Part shown: positions 37,707 to 49,100 of the stretch, piece by piece
Position numbering within the stretch: position 1 is the stretch's first letter
How the letters are laid out: each line of letters opens with the position of its first letter
Position numbers and translations under genes: made by a program
From: Raja brachyura
Taxonomy: Eukaryota
DNA length: 64,000 nt
Direction of reading: 5' to 3'
Assembly: GCA_963514005.1 (NCBI GenBank)
Contig: OY740783.1
Span: 133,424,001-133,488,000, forward strand
The notes under the pieces: generated by a model
Database searches by the model: none
What the model saw: only the letters and a program-made list of their open reading frames with translations
Told to the model about the DNA's origin: nothing

Positions 37707-39073
37707 CTATTCAGGCAAAGAATGTGAAGGTCCATGGGGAGAGACGGAGCAGAGCATGGGAGACACAAGGAACTGCAGATGCTAGAATTGTGATAAAAAC
37801 GCAGAGTGCTGGAGGAATTGATTAGGTCAAGCAGCGACTGTGGAGGGAATGGACAGGGAAGATTTTGGGTCAGGACCCTCCTTCACCCCCTGAATTTCTT
37901 TTCCCCTTTAGGTTCAGGTTTATTACTGTCACATGAACTGAGGTGCAGAAAAAAGGTTTGTTTTTCATGCAAAACCATTAGACCAGATTATGCTACACAT
38001 AAAAACAATCAATTCAAACAAGTACGATAGGTAGAGCAAATGGGAAGATGCAGAGTGCAGAATATAGTTCTCAGCGTTGTAGCGCACCAGTTCCACAGAC
38101 AATGTCCAATGTCCGCAATGGACACAAAAGGTTTAGAGGGATATGGGTCAAACGCTGACAAATGGGATTATATCAGATGGGGCCAAAGGGCCTGTTTCCA
38201 TGCAGTGCATAATAGACTAATTGGATGCTGGAATGGATAGACAAGGCTTGACAGAAAAAAAACTGAGAAAACCTGGGAAGAAAGGATAATGACAGACTGT
38301 GCAGANNNNNNNNNNNNNNNNNNNNNNNNNNNNNNNNNNNNNNNNNNNNNNNNNNNNNNNNNNNNNNNNNNNNNNNNNNNNNNNNNNNNNNNNNNNNNNN
38401 NNNNNNNNNNNNNNNNNNNNNNNNNNNNNNNNNNNNNNNNNNNNNNNNNNNNNNNNNNNNNNNNNNNNNNNNNNNNNNNNNNNNNNNNNNNNNNNNNNNN
38501 NNNNNNNNNNNNNNNNNNNNNNNNNNNNNNNNNNNNNNNNNNNNNNNNNNNNNNNNNNNNNNNNNNNNNNNNNNNNNNNNNNNNNNNNNNNNNNNNNNNN
38601 NNNNNNNNNNNNNNNNNNNNNNNNNNNNNNNNNNNNNNNNNNNNNNNNNNNNNNNNNNNNNNNNNNNNNNNNNNNNNNNNNNNNNNNNNNNNNNNNNNNN
38701 NNNNNNNNNNNNNNNNNNNNNNNNNNNNNNNNNNNNNNTTGAATGAATAAAATCAACTTCTCAGATGTCTGAAAGGGAAAAGCATCGTGATAACAGAGGG
38801 AGAAATGAATGGTAATCGTGCAGGAGACAGGGTGGGGCTGGGTGCAGTCAATGAAGATCCGTGTGTTTGCTGTAAATATCTATGGATAGTTTGTCTCCTG
38901 GGATAGAGACAGAGAGATTGAGAGAGGAGAGGGGACACTGAGAACACTCAGTTGGTCAGGTAGCATCTACAGGGAGAGAAAAGGAATCAATGTTTCAGCG
39001 GAATCACCGGAAGAAGACTATGAATCACATTGCAGACATTGGAAGGCAAGTATCTCGCAGCAATATTACATAC

Positions 39074-39173
39074 CTGGTTTTGTCCCTGATTAAAATGAAG
39101 CCCATCACCAAAAGGACAAGGCTTTTCACTCCAAGTGGAATACATAGTATCAGAGTGTAGGAAAACTGTGGGG
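39074..39173 (-). CDS. Gene C transmembrane exon with Lys (intact)
   Basis: ctctctcttcag|APQFSYTLILCIPLGVKSLVLLVMGFILIRDKT AG|gtatgt; 100 nt, phase 1-2. Aligns codon for codon with the TM exons of A and B. Confidence 0.88.
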
Positions 39174-39208
39174 CTGAAGAGAGAGTGAGAGGTCAAACCA
39201 GACTCGAT

Positions 39209-39860
39209 CATAGAAAATAGGTGCAGGAGGCAGCATCGCTATTCATTGTGATCATGGCTGATCGTCCCCAATCAATAACCAGTACCTGCCTTCTCCCCAT
39301 ATCCCTTGATTCCACTAGCCCCTGGAGCTCTATTTAACTATCTCTTAAATCCATCCAGTGATTTGGCCTCCACTGCCCTCTGTGGCAGGGAATTCCACAA
39401 ATTCACAACTCTCTGGGTGAAAATGTATTTTCTCTCCTCAGTCTTAAATGACCTCCCCTTTCTTCTGAGACTGTGGCCCCTGGTTCTGGACTCGCCCAAC
39501 ATTGGGAATATTTTTCCTGCATCTAGCGTGTCCAGTCCATAGCGTAAAAGTATGAGGGGGGGTCTTAAAAAAACCCATGTACAATTATAAAATAATTATA
39601 TATGGGTTGTTTTTTAAGATCCCCCCTCGTACTTTTAAACTCCAATGAAAGCCTTGTCTTTTAAATCTTTCCTCCTGTGACAGCCCCGCCATCCCAGGGA
39701 TCAATCTCGTGAATCTACGCTGCACTACCTCAATCACAATGATGTCCTTCCTCAAATTAGGAGACCAAAACTGTATACAATACTCCAGATGTGGTCTTAC
39801 CAGAGCCCTATCCAACTGCAGAAGAACCTCTCTACTCCTGTACTGAAATCCTCTTACAAC
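39209..39860 (-). mobile_element. CR1 LINE 3' fragment
   Basis: ORF 39585..39815 (LVRPHLEYCIQFWSP) plus 3' UTR. Confidence 0.88.
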
Positions 39861-40379
39861 GGTCCTTGCAAATACTGGGGTACTGTCACCTCTACCTCAT
39901 TGAGGACAATGGACTGATGCGCTATAATGTTGAGAAATATATTCTGCACCCTACATCTTCTATGCTCTACCTATTGTACTCGAATTTGGATCGATTGTGT
40001 TTATGTGTAGTATTATCTGGTCTGTTGCATAGCATGCAAAATAAAGCTTTTCACTTTACCTGGCTGCACGTGGCAATAATAAACCTAAATCTAAACCTAA
40101 AAGACTCGATAGGCATTGAAATCGGCATTATGAGGGAGACATGCACAGTATATCAGTGAAGGACTGGCGTTTAACCCAAGAGCTGAACTTGTGGGGAAGT
40201 ATGATGCAAAAAGATACCAACATACTTAGTAAACCTCAGGTAGACACAAAATGTTGGAGTAACTCAGCGGGTGAGGCAGCATCTATGGAGAAAAGGAATT
40301 GGCGACATTTCGGGTTGAGACCCTTAATCAGACTGATGTCAGGGGACGGGGCAGGACAGAGAAAGAATTAGAGAAAGCG

Positions 40380-41480
40380 GGAGATCAGCTTGGTTAATGC
40401 GGACCGAGCGGAGGTGTTCACCGAAGTGGTCGCCGAGCATGCGCTTTGTCTCGCCGATGTAGAGAACGTGACTCCTGGAAAAGCAGATGCAGTAGATGAG
40501 GTTGGAGGAGGTGCATGTGGACCTCTGCCTCACCTTGAAAGACTGTTGGGGTCCTTGGATGGAGTCGAGGGGGGGAGGTAAAGGGACAGGTGTTGCATAT
40601 CCTGTGGTTGCAGGTGAAGGTGCCTGGGGAGGCAACAGACAATAGATAATAGGTGCAGGAGTAGGCCATTTGGCCCTTTGACCCAGCACCACCATTCAAT
40701 GTGATCATGGCTGATCATCTCCAATCAGTACCCCGTTACTGCCTTCTCCCCATATCCCCGGACTCCGCTAAGAGCCCTATCTAGCTCTCTCTTGAAAGCA
40801 TCCAGAGAACCTGCCTCCACCACCCTCTGAGGCAGATAATTCCACAGACTCACAGCTCTTTGTGAGAAAAAGTGTTTCCTCGTCTCCGTTCTAAATGGCT
40901 TACTCCTTGTTCTTGAACTGTGGCCACTGGTTCAGGACTCCCCCAACATCGGGAATATATTCCCTGCCTGTACCGTGTCCAAGCCCTTACCAATCTTATA
41001 TGTTTCAATGATATACCCTCTCATCCTTCTAAACTCCAGAGTGTACAAGCCCAGCTGCTCCATTGTCTCAGCATATGACAGTCCCGCTATCCCGGGAATT
41101 AACCTTGTAAACCTACGCTGCACTCCCTCCATAGCAAGAATGTCCTTCCTCAAATTAGTGGACCAAAACTGCACACAATACTCCAGGTGTGGTCTCCCTA
41201 AGGCTCTGTACAACTGCAGAAGGATCTCTTTGTTCCTATATTCGATTCCTCTTGTTATAAAGGCTAACATGCCATTCGCTTTCTTCACTACCTGCTGTAC
41301 CCGCATGCTTACTTTCATAGACTGATGTACAAGGACCCCCAGATCCCGTTGTACTTCCCCTTTTCCCAACTTGACTCTTTGAGTCGGTGGTATGGGTGGG
41401 AAGGTACGGGTTGACCAGGGAGTTACGGAGGGAATGGTCTCTGCGGAAAGCAGAAAGGGGTGGAGATGGGAATATACTCA
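40380..41480 (-). mobile_element. Penelope GIY-YIG fragment interrupted by a CR1 3' fragment (40636-41372)
   Basis: SSNLIYCI...LYIGETKR...EH and PPLSAFRRDHSLRNSLV flank CR1 ORF 40932..41369. Confidence 0.88.
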
Positions 41481-43509
41481 CGCTAGGAGAGGCAATAAAT
41501 ATATTTAAGATGAGTAGAAGGCATAGCTTGCTGGAGTAAAGATAAACATAGGAGGATGTAAAACCAGGTTGAGATCAATAGAACTGATCAGAAAATAGAG
41601 AAGTCCTTTATTGCACCCACTGTCAGATAAATGGGGGAATGCCTTTCTAAATGACAAGGAATAGAAGGAAAAAGAGAAATCCTGGGGAAAAAAACAAAGA
41701 TGACAGCTGCCGAGAAGCGTTGTTGAATTATTTCAAAATGTGGAATCCATATGTGGCCATTGTGACCAAAAGTCCATTGATGTTGTGAATCATTGAAACA
41801 CTTTGGGTTCCCTCATAGTGTTCCCCAGCATTTAGTGTGAAGGCCTTGAATAACGCGACTTGTTTGAGAAACTGGTCACCATTCTGCGAGATGTTTTTTG
41901 TGTGCTGCCCGTCCAGGTCAAACACACAATTCCCTCGAACAAGGACCAACAAGATGGAGCGTACAGATTACATTCGTCACACGGCTGTCGTTGACATTGA
42001 GGCAGCGGGGAAGATTAATAATAATAGGGACTGTAGAGCAAACTTGCTGTTGGCTGGAGTCACAGTGGTTGTGTTTGCTCTGGGTTAATCACCTCAATGC
42101 CAGCATTTTATAGAGTCCCAACTATTTCCAGCTGCTCCATCAACTGACCTTGCCCCAACAAAGTGCAGCACCGTGGCACCACTGATAGAGCTGCTGTCTC
42201 ACAGCGTCAGAGACCCTGGTTTGATCCCAATTTCAGGTGCTGTCTGTGTGTGGAGTTTGAACTATCCTCCTGTGACCGCTTGGGTGTTTCCTCCAGTTGT
42301 CCAGTCACCTCGCACACTCAAAAGACGTACAGGTTTGTAGGTTAATTGGCTTTGATAAAATTATAAATTGCCCCCAGTGTTTGGAATAGTGCTAGTATAC
42401 AGGGTGATCACTGGTCAGTGCAGTCTCGGTGGGCCGAAGTCCTGTTTCCGCACTGTATCTGCAGTATGTATCTCTAAAGTCCAATGTGTAAAGCATGCGA
42501 AACAAAGCTTTTAACTGTGAAGAACTTTTGTTCGCTGTAAAGCTCACTTTTCACATGTGACAAATATAACCCAAACCTAAAACATTGTGACCGCAAGAGC
42601 TATAATGACATCCTGTCTGAGGGAGCCGCCTTGTGACACTCCAAAGACATGACACCATTTACAGAGCACATGTCAGGAGTGATGCAACACGTTCCATTTC
42701 TTAACTAACAACCTTTAAGAAGCTAAAAACTTTCCAAGACAGAGCAGCCAACTTAGCATAGTGTTTAGAGATGCAGCGTCCCCACCGACCAATGATCACA
42801 CGTACACTAGTTCTATGGTGTCCCACTTTTCAACACACGTGGGGCAATTTACAGAAGCCAATTAACCGACAAACCTGTGTGTCTTTCAAATGTGGGAGCA
42901 AACCGGAGCACCTGGAAAAAACCCACACGGTCAGAGGGAGAACGTGAAAATGTTGTATAGAGAGCACCCATAGTCAGGATCGAAACTGGGTTTCTGGTGC
43001 TGTGCGGCAGCAACTTTACTGCTGTCCCGCCCTCTTACTTCTATATTGGCGTCATAGCAGAATACGTCACGGGGCTGGAAATTGGAAGTATCACGAGCTA
43101 ATTCTGCTCCCACCTTCATCAATCGTGACAAGTGATGACTTCCATTGAATGTCACCGGCAGCCTGTGTCCTTACCAGGACAGACGATGACAGCGAGACCA
43201 ACATTTGTAACAAGATGGCCACGAAAATAAGAAGAAGAAGACGAATTATATATTATCCACCTTTTGCATCCTAAAACCTTGGAACAATTTACAGTGGCCG
43301 AGTAACGTACCGACCCGTGCGTCTTTGAAGTGTGGGACGAAACCGGGGCACCAGGAGAAAACCCACATGGTCACAGGGAGAACGTACAAACTCCGTATAG
43401 ACTTCTGAACGGTCCTTCCATAATTTATGACACAGTTCCGATTATCATTGCGGACATTGGCCTCTGGAACTGTAACCCTACAATATGAAGAAACTAGTTT
43501 TCTATAATG

Positions 43510-43840
43510 TGGGTGGCACGGTGGCGCAGCGGAAGAGTTGCTGCCTTGCAGTTCCAGAGACCCGGGTTCAATCCCGACTACGGGTGCTGTCTATACAGAG
43601 TTTGTATGTTTTCCTTGTAACTGCGTGTGTTTTCTCTGAGAGCTCTGGTTTCTTGCCATGGAGGGAGTACAGAGAAGGTTAACCAGACTGATAGGCTAGA
43701 TTCAGACAGATTGTTCCCGATGTTGGGGAAATGTGTAGGATTGACTAGTTTTGACTAGTGTGTAGGATTGTGCTCGTGTATGGGGTGATCGTTGGTCGGC
43801 ACCAGGTCGGTGGACCGAAGGGCCTGTTTCCAATCTGTAA
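43510..43840 (+). mobile_element. tRNA-derived SINE (representative; related copies near 18950-19170, 21545-21720, 34280-34555, 35970-36150, 42165-42480, 55350-55590, 62230-62520)
   Basis: A-box tggcgcagcgg, B-box ggttcaatccc and a shared body ending in an (aaact)n-like tail in several copies. Confidence 0.75.
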
Positions 43841-44561
43841 TTCTCCATATTCTGCTATCTGATATCTTTCTCTTCGCTCTATAGTCAATGAGTCAACGAG
43901 TCATATAATGTGGAAACAGGCCCTTCAGCCGAAATTGCCCACACCAACACCGACCAACATGTCCCATCTACTCTAATGTGTAGGAAAGAACTGCACATGC
44001 TGGTTTAGATCAGCCTGAAGAAGATTCTCGACCCGAAATGGCACAAATCTCTTCTCTCCAGAGATGCTGTCTGTCCCGCTGAGTTACTCCAATGTTTTGT
44101 ATCTACTTTTCACTAATCCCACGTCTGCATTTGACCCATATCCCTCTAAACCTGTCCTATCCATGCACCTGTCTAATTGCTTATCAAACGTTGTGATAGT
44201 ACCTGCTCCAGCTACTTGCTGCGGCATCTCGTTCCATGCACCTACCACCTTTGTGCGAAAAGGGTACCCCTCCGATTCCATTAAAATCTTTCCCCCTTCT
44301 CCCTTCCCCTTAAACCATTGTTCTCTGGTTCTCGATTTCCCTGCTCTGGGCAAGAGTGTGCATCTACCCGATCAATTCATGTTGTACTTGTGTTTGTTTT
44401 ATTGTATTCACATACAATATTGTATGACTTGATCAGGTAGCCTTGCAAACAAAAGCTTTTTAACCATACTTCGGTACACGTGACAATACAAAACAAAAAC
44501 CTAAAGCTAACCCTAAATACCTTCGCTGCACACTGCAGCATGAGTTGATGGGGTGTCTTAC

Positions 44562-44909
44562 CTGTTGCAACTTGCAGTTGGATCTCAAACTGGAACAGAT
44601 GGAAGGTCGAGGTCACGATCTGCACCAGACACAGGTAGCCGTGACTGTCCTCCACACTCAGCTGCTTTATCCTGGTTGAGGCGTTTCCCTTCCCTGGGTC
44701 CCCAACCAGCTCGAACCGAGTTGCACCGTTCTCCGCCACCCAGGATCCATCAGTTTGGAGTCTGAACGTGACGATGTGTCGGATGGGATCCTTCCTCATC
44801 CATGTTACCGTGCGAAGCATGTGGCTCGGCAGAAGCGGTGAGAACACACAGGGTAATGTAGCCGAAGCCCCCTCAGTCCCAGTCACCGTTGAGACATTCC
44901 CTCTGGGAG
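44562..44909 (-). CDS. Gene C V-set Ig domain 2 (short FG loop)
   Basis: cag|APRGNVSTVTGTEGASATLPCVF...WMRKDP...EDSHGYLCLVQ...QLQVAT G|gtaaga; 348 nt, open. Confidence 0.92.
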
Positions 44910-45424
44910 CTGAGGGAAGGACAGACACCAGTCAAGTGAAGCAGGGCGAGGGAGCTGGAGATACAGTAAGCCGGAAATAAGAACTGAATGCTGGACTCAT
45001 GCTGAATGAGCTTTAGACGTGTCATAATTCCATAAGTGATATGAAATGAATTAGGCCATTCGGCCCATCAAGTCTACAATTCAAACATGGCTGATCTATC
45101 TTAACCTCTCAAACCCATTCTCCTGCCTTCCGCCCGTAACCCGTGACACCTGTACTAATCAAGAATCTGGCAAATCTATGCTTCAAAAATAACCATTGAC
45201 TTGACCTCCACAGCCGTCTGTGGCAATGAATTCCACAGATTCACCACACTCTGGTTTCCTCCTCATCTCCATTCTAAAGGTACATCCTTTTATGCTGAGG
45301 CTGTGGCCTCTGGTCCGTGACTCTCCCACTAGTGTAAACATCCTCTCCACATCCACTCTATCCAGGCCTTTCAGTATTCAGTAAGGTTCTATGAAGTCCC
45401 CTCTCATCCTTCTATCTTCCAGCC

Positions 45425-46058
45425 CTTGGGCGAAAATCCCGTGGGGGGGGGGGGGGGGGGACGAGTGGGGGGCGGGAGGGACGGGGATGGGGGGACGGGG
45501 ATGGGGGGGTGGCACGTCCCCCTCATGATTTGAGAGGTGGGGGACAATCCCACCCATGTTTTGTAATCAAGATTTTGAAATTAGGTAGAAACAATCTATT
45601 CAAAATCTCTGCTTTCCGGGAGGCAGTGGGGGTGGAACAGACGACTGAGGGCGCCGGTCGGATGAGAACGCCGTTGGTCAGCAGGCAGTGTGGGGAGGTG
45701 GGGGAGACATGATGATGAGGTGGAAGTACGGGGGTGGGACTGAGGATAGAGCGTGGTGATTGGAGGAGGGAGACAACCTGTTGGAGCAAATATAATAGAG
45801 TGGAGCTAGAATTGGCCCATTCGCGGGGCCTTTCATCGCACCGCCGGGGGATGGAGAATCTCGTGGCCGGTTTTAAGCCGCGCCGAGCGATGAAACGCCC
45901 TGCGAACGGGCCGATTGAAGCCCCGTGATTCAGCTCCCGATGTTATTGTCCACAGGGCCCACGGCCGAAGCTTCGCATGTGCGTGTGTGTGCGTGAGAAG
46001 CCACAAATAAATTGTGCCCCCCACCCCCTCCATGTTTTGATAGCGATTTCCGCCCCTG
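45425..46058. mobile_element. hAT-like MITE inside a CR1 3' fragment (about 45020-46130)
   Basis: Imperfect TIRs cttgggcgaaaatc / gatttccgcccctg; 8-bp flanks ttccagcc / ctccatcc match at 6 of 8. Confidence 0.55.
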
Positions 46059-46131
46059 CTCCATCCAGTACAGGTCCAGTGCCATCAAATGCTCATCATA
46101 TGTTAACACACTCATTTTTGGGATCACTCTC

Positions 46132-49100
46132 ACAATAGACAAGTGACAATAGACAATAGGTGCAGGAGTAGGCCATTCGGCCCTCAGAGCCAGCACCACC
46201 ATTCAATGTGATCATGGCTGATCATCCACAATTAGTAGCCCGTTCCTGCCTTCTCCCCATATCCCCTGACTCCGCTATTTTTAATAGCCCAATCAAGCTC
46301 TCCCTCTCGAGAATCCAGAGAACCGACATCCACCCCCCTCTGAGGCAGAGAATTCCACAGACTCACAAGTGTGAAAAAGTTCTAAATGCCTTACCCCTTA
46401 ATATTAAACTGTGACCCCTGGTTCTGGACTCCCTCAACATCGGGAACATGTTTCCTGCCTCTTGCGTTTCCAAACCCTTAATAATATCATGTGTTTCAAT
46501 AGAATCCCCTCTCATCCTTCTAAATTCCAGAATATACAAGCCCAGCCATTCCATTCTCTCAGCATATGACAGTTCCGCCATCCCAGGAATTAACCTTGTG
46601 AACCTACGCCTCATTCCCTCAATAGCAAGAATGTTGTTCCTCAAATTTGGAGACCAAAACTGCACACAATGCTCCAGGTGTGGTCTCACTATGGCCCTGT
46701 ACAACTGCAGAAGGACCTCTTTGCTCCTATACTCAATTCCTCGTGTTATGAAGGCCAACATGCCATCAGCTTTCTTCACTACCTGCTGTACCTGCATGCT
46801 TACTTTTATGGACTAATGAACAAGGAACCCCAGATCTTGTTGTACTCCCCCTTTATCCAACCTGACGCCATTTAGTTAATAATCTGCCTTACATTAGTCA
46901 TGCATCTGCCCACTCACCCAACATGTCCAAGTCACCCTGCACGCCCATGGCATCCTCATCACAGTTCATACTGCCACCCAGCTTTGTGTCATCTGCAAAT
47001 TTTTTACTGTTAATTTGAATCCCTTCATCTAAATCATTGATGTATATTGTAATAGCAAGATTAAACGAGAACTTACCAGTTTGAAGTTTGATCTTTATTT
47101 TATGAAGCGTTACGATGAGCGATTAGGTGAAGAAGCCCGCCAGTCCACATGCGCATCAATCTTCAAAGCAGCGGTGTGAAATCACAAATAACGGTAGTTG
47201 AAGTGACATAGTAAGATTATAGAAGATTATAACTACCAGATTACCTTTATGATACGAGGGTTGGGAGTGGAGGGTACGTAATCGCGCATCGTAACTCCTC
47301 ATAAAATAAAGATCAAACTTCAAACTGGTAAGTTCTCATTAAATCTTAACATTTTACTTCTGAGTCACGTGAGTGATTCCGTGAAGATTTCAAAGCTCTG
47401 TGATTTCATGCCGTGGATACGAGTCCATGCGACACACTCAGTTGACCCAGGATGAATAAATAATAAATAATGCATTCAAACATGATACAGACTTAAACAT
47501 GTTGATGCTTTAATTTGCAAAAAAGTAAAAAAAACAATAGCGACCCCTCTCTTCCAGGGGGAAGCTATAAAACAGAATTAAAAATGGAGTGGGCAAATAC
47601 CCCCGGAGTGACAAGTGGTTTATTATAAAACCTTTGAAGTCTCAGTTCATTTGACCATCCTGCGGACACGAGGATTTGGTCGAGAGGGACGTCCAGTGCC
47701 CTCGCTGCTGACGTTGATGCCGCCCTGGTGGAGTGAGATTTTAAAACGTCAGTGTCCACTCCGGCACAAGCCAGAACCTGTTTCAGCCACCTTGAAATGG
47801 TCTGTACCGACACCTTCTTATGAGGCTTTGTGTGACTGATGAATATCGTTAATTCGGAGCCTCTGGTGCTCTTGGTGACCCTGAGATACAGCTGCAAGTG
47901 CGCAACTACACATAAGCGAAGGTCTATGGGGTATGCCATAAAAATAGGTTTAAGCCCTGACATCCCTGGCCTGCTCTGCTTAAGTAAATCATAAACACAA
48001 AATGTTATGTTATTTATAGATAAAACCATGTTGTCAAGTTGCAGCTTCTGCAACGTCTGGACGTATTGCGCTGAAACCAGCACCATGAGCATGACCACCT
48101 TGAAAGTGAGTCTGGGCAAAGACAGGGATGTAGCTGGAGCCCATTGGCGAAGCAGCAGGAGAACTACGCTCAAATCCCAAATCTCCGTGTACCTGGGCCT
48201 GGGGGATTACAGTTACAAATACTCTTCATGAACCGGGATATTAAAGGGTGAGACCCAATAGAGTGTTGTCCCGATCTCTGCCACAGGTAGGATGATAAGG
48301 CGCTCCTGGCACTGTTGATGGCACTATAGCTCAGTCGCATATCAAAATATAGCTTGGAAAGAAATTCCAACACATCTGGTCTGCTTGCCGTGTGATATGA
48401 TATTTTCGACTGCAAGCAGAACACCTCCCATTTTTTGATATGAGAAATGTATTTTTTTTGTACTATCCCTCCAAGCAGCAGTAATCATATCCACCGTATG
48501 ACCTGATAGTCTGAGGAACGGTCTCCTCAGAATCTGCAAATCAATAGATTAATACGGTCATGTAGTGGTTAGTTCTCCCCACAGGGTGAACCAGCATGTT
48601 GCTGCATTTGGGGATAGCCATAAAAGGCTGCGTTATTAGTCTCAGAACGAGTGGGAACCATGGCTGTGTAGGCCAGTCGGGAACTACCAAAACGCCTGAG
48701 GCGGAGTCCTGCTTGATCTTAAGCAAGCACCGACTAATGAGGCAAATTGGGGGAAATGCATATAAAAACATTCCACCCCAGTGTAGCGAGAATGCATCTA
48801 CCGCTACTGCCCCTGGGTCTGGTTCCCATGAAACATACTTTGGTAGCTGGTGATTTACTCTGGATGCACGCAAATCAATATCTGGTATGCCATACCGAGC
48901 GCCAATATAATTAAAAATTTCATGATTCAACATCCATTCTGTGTTGTCATTGAATTTTCGTGACCTGGTGTCCGCCACCATGTTAAATCTATCTGGTAAA
49001 TAGATAGCTGAAATCCAGTGCCAAATAAGGTTAGCCAATTTATCACATGTTCCCGTCTTGATTCCACCCATGTGATTAACGTATGCTACTGCTGTGGTGT

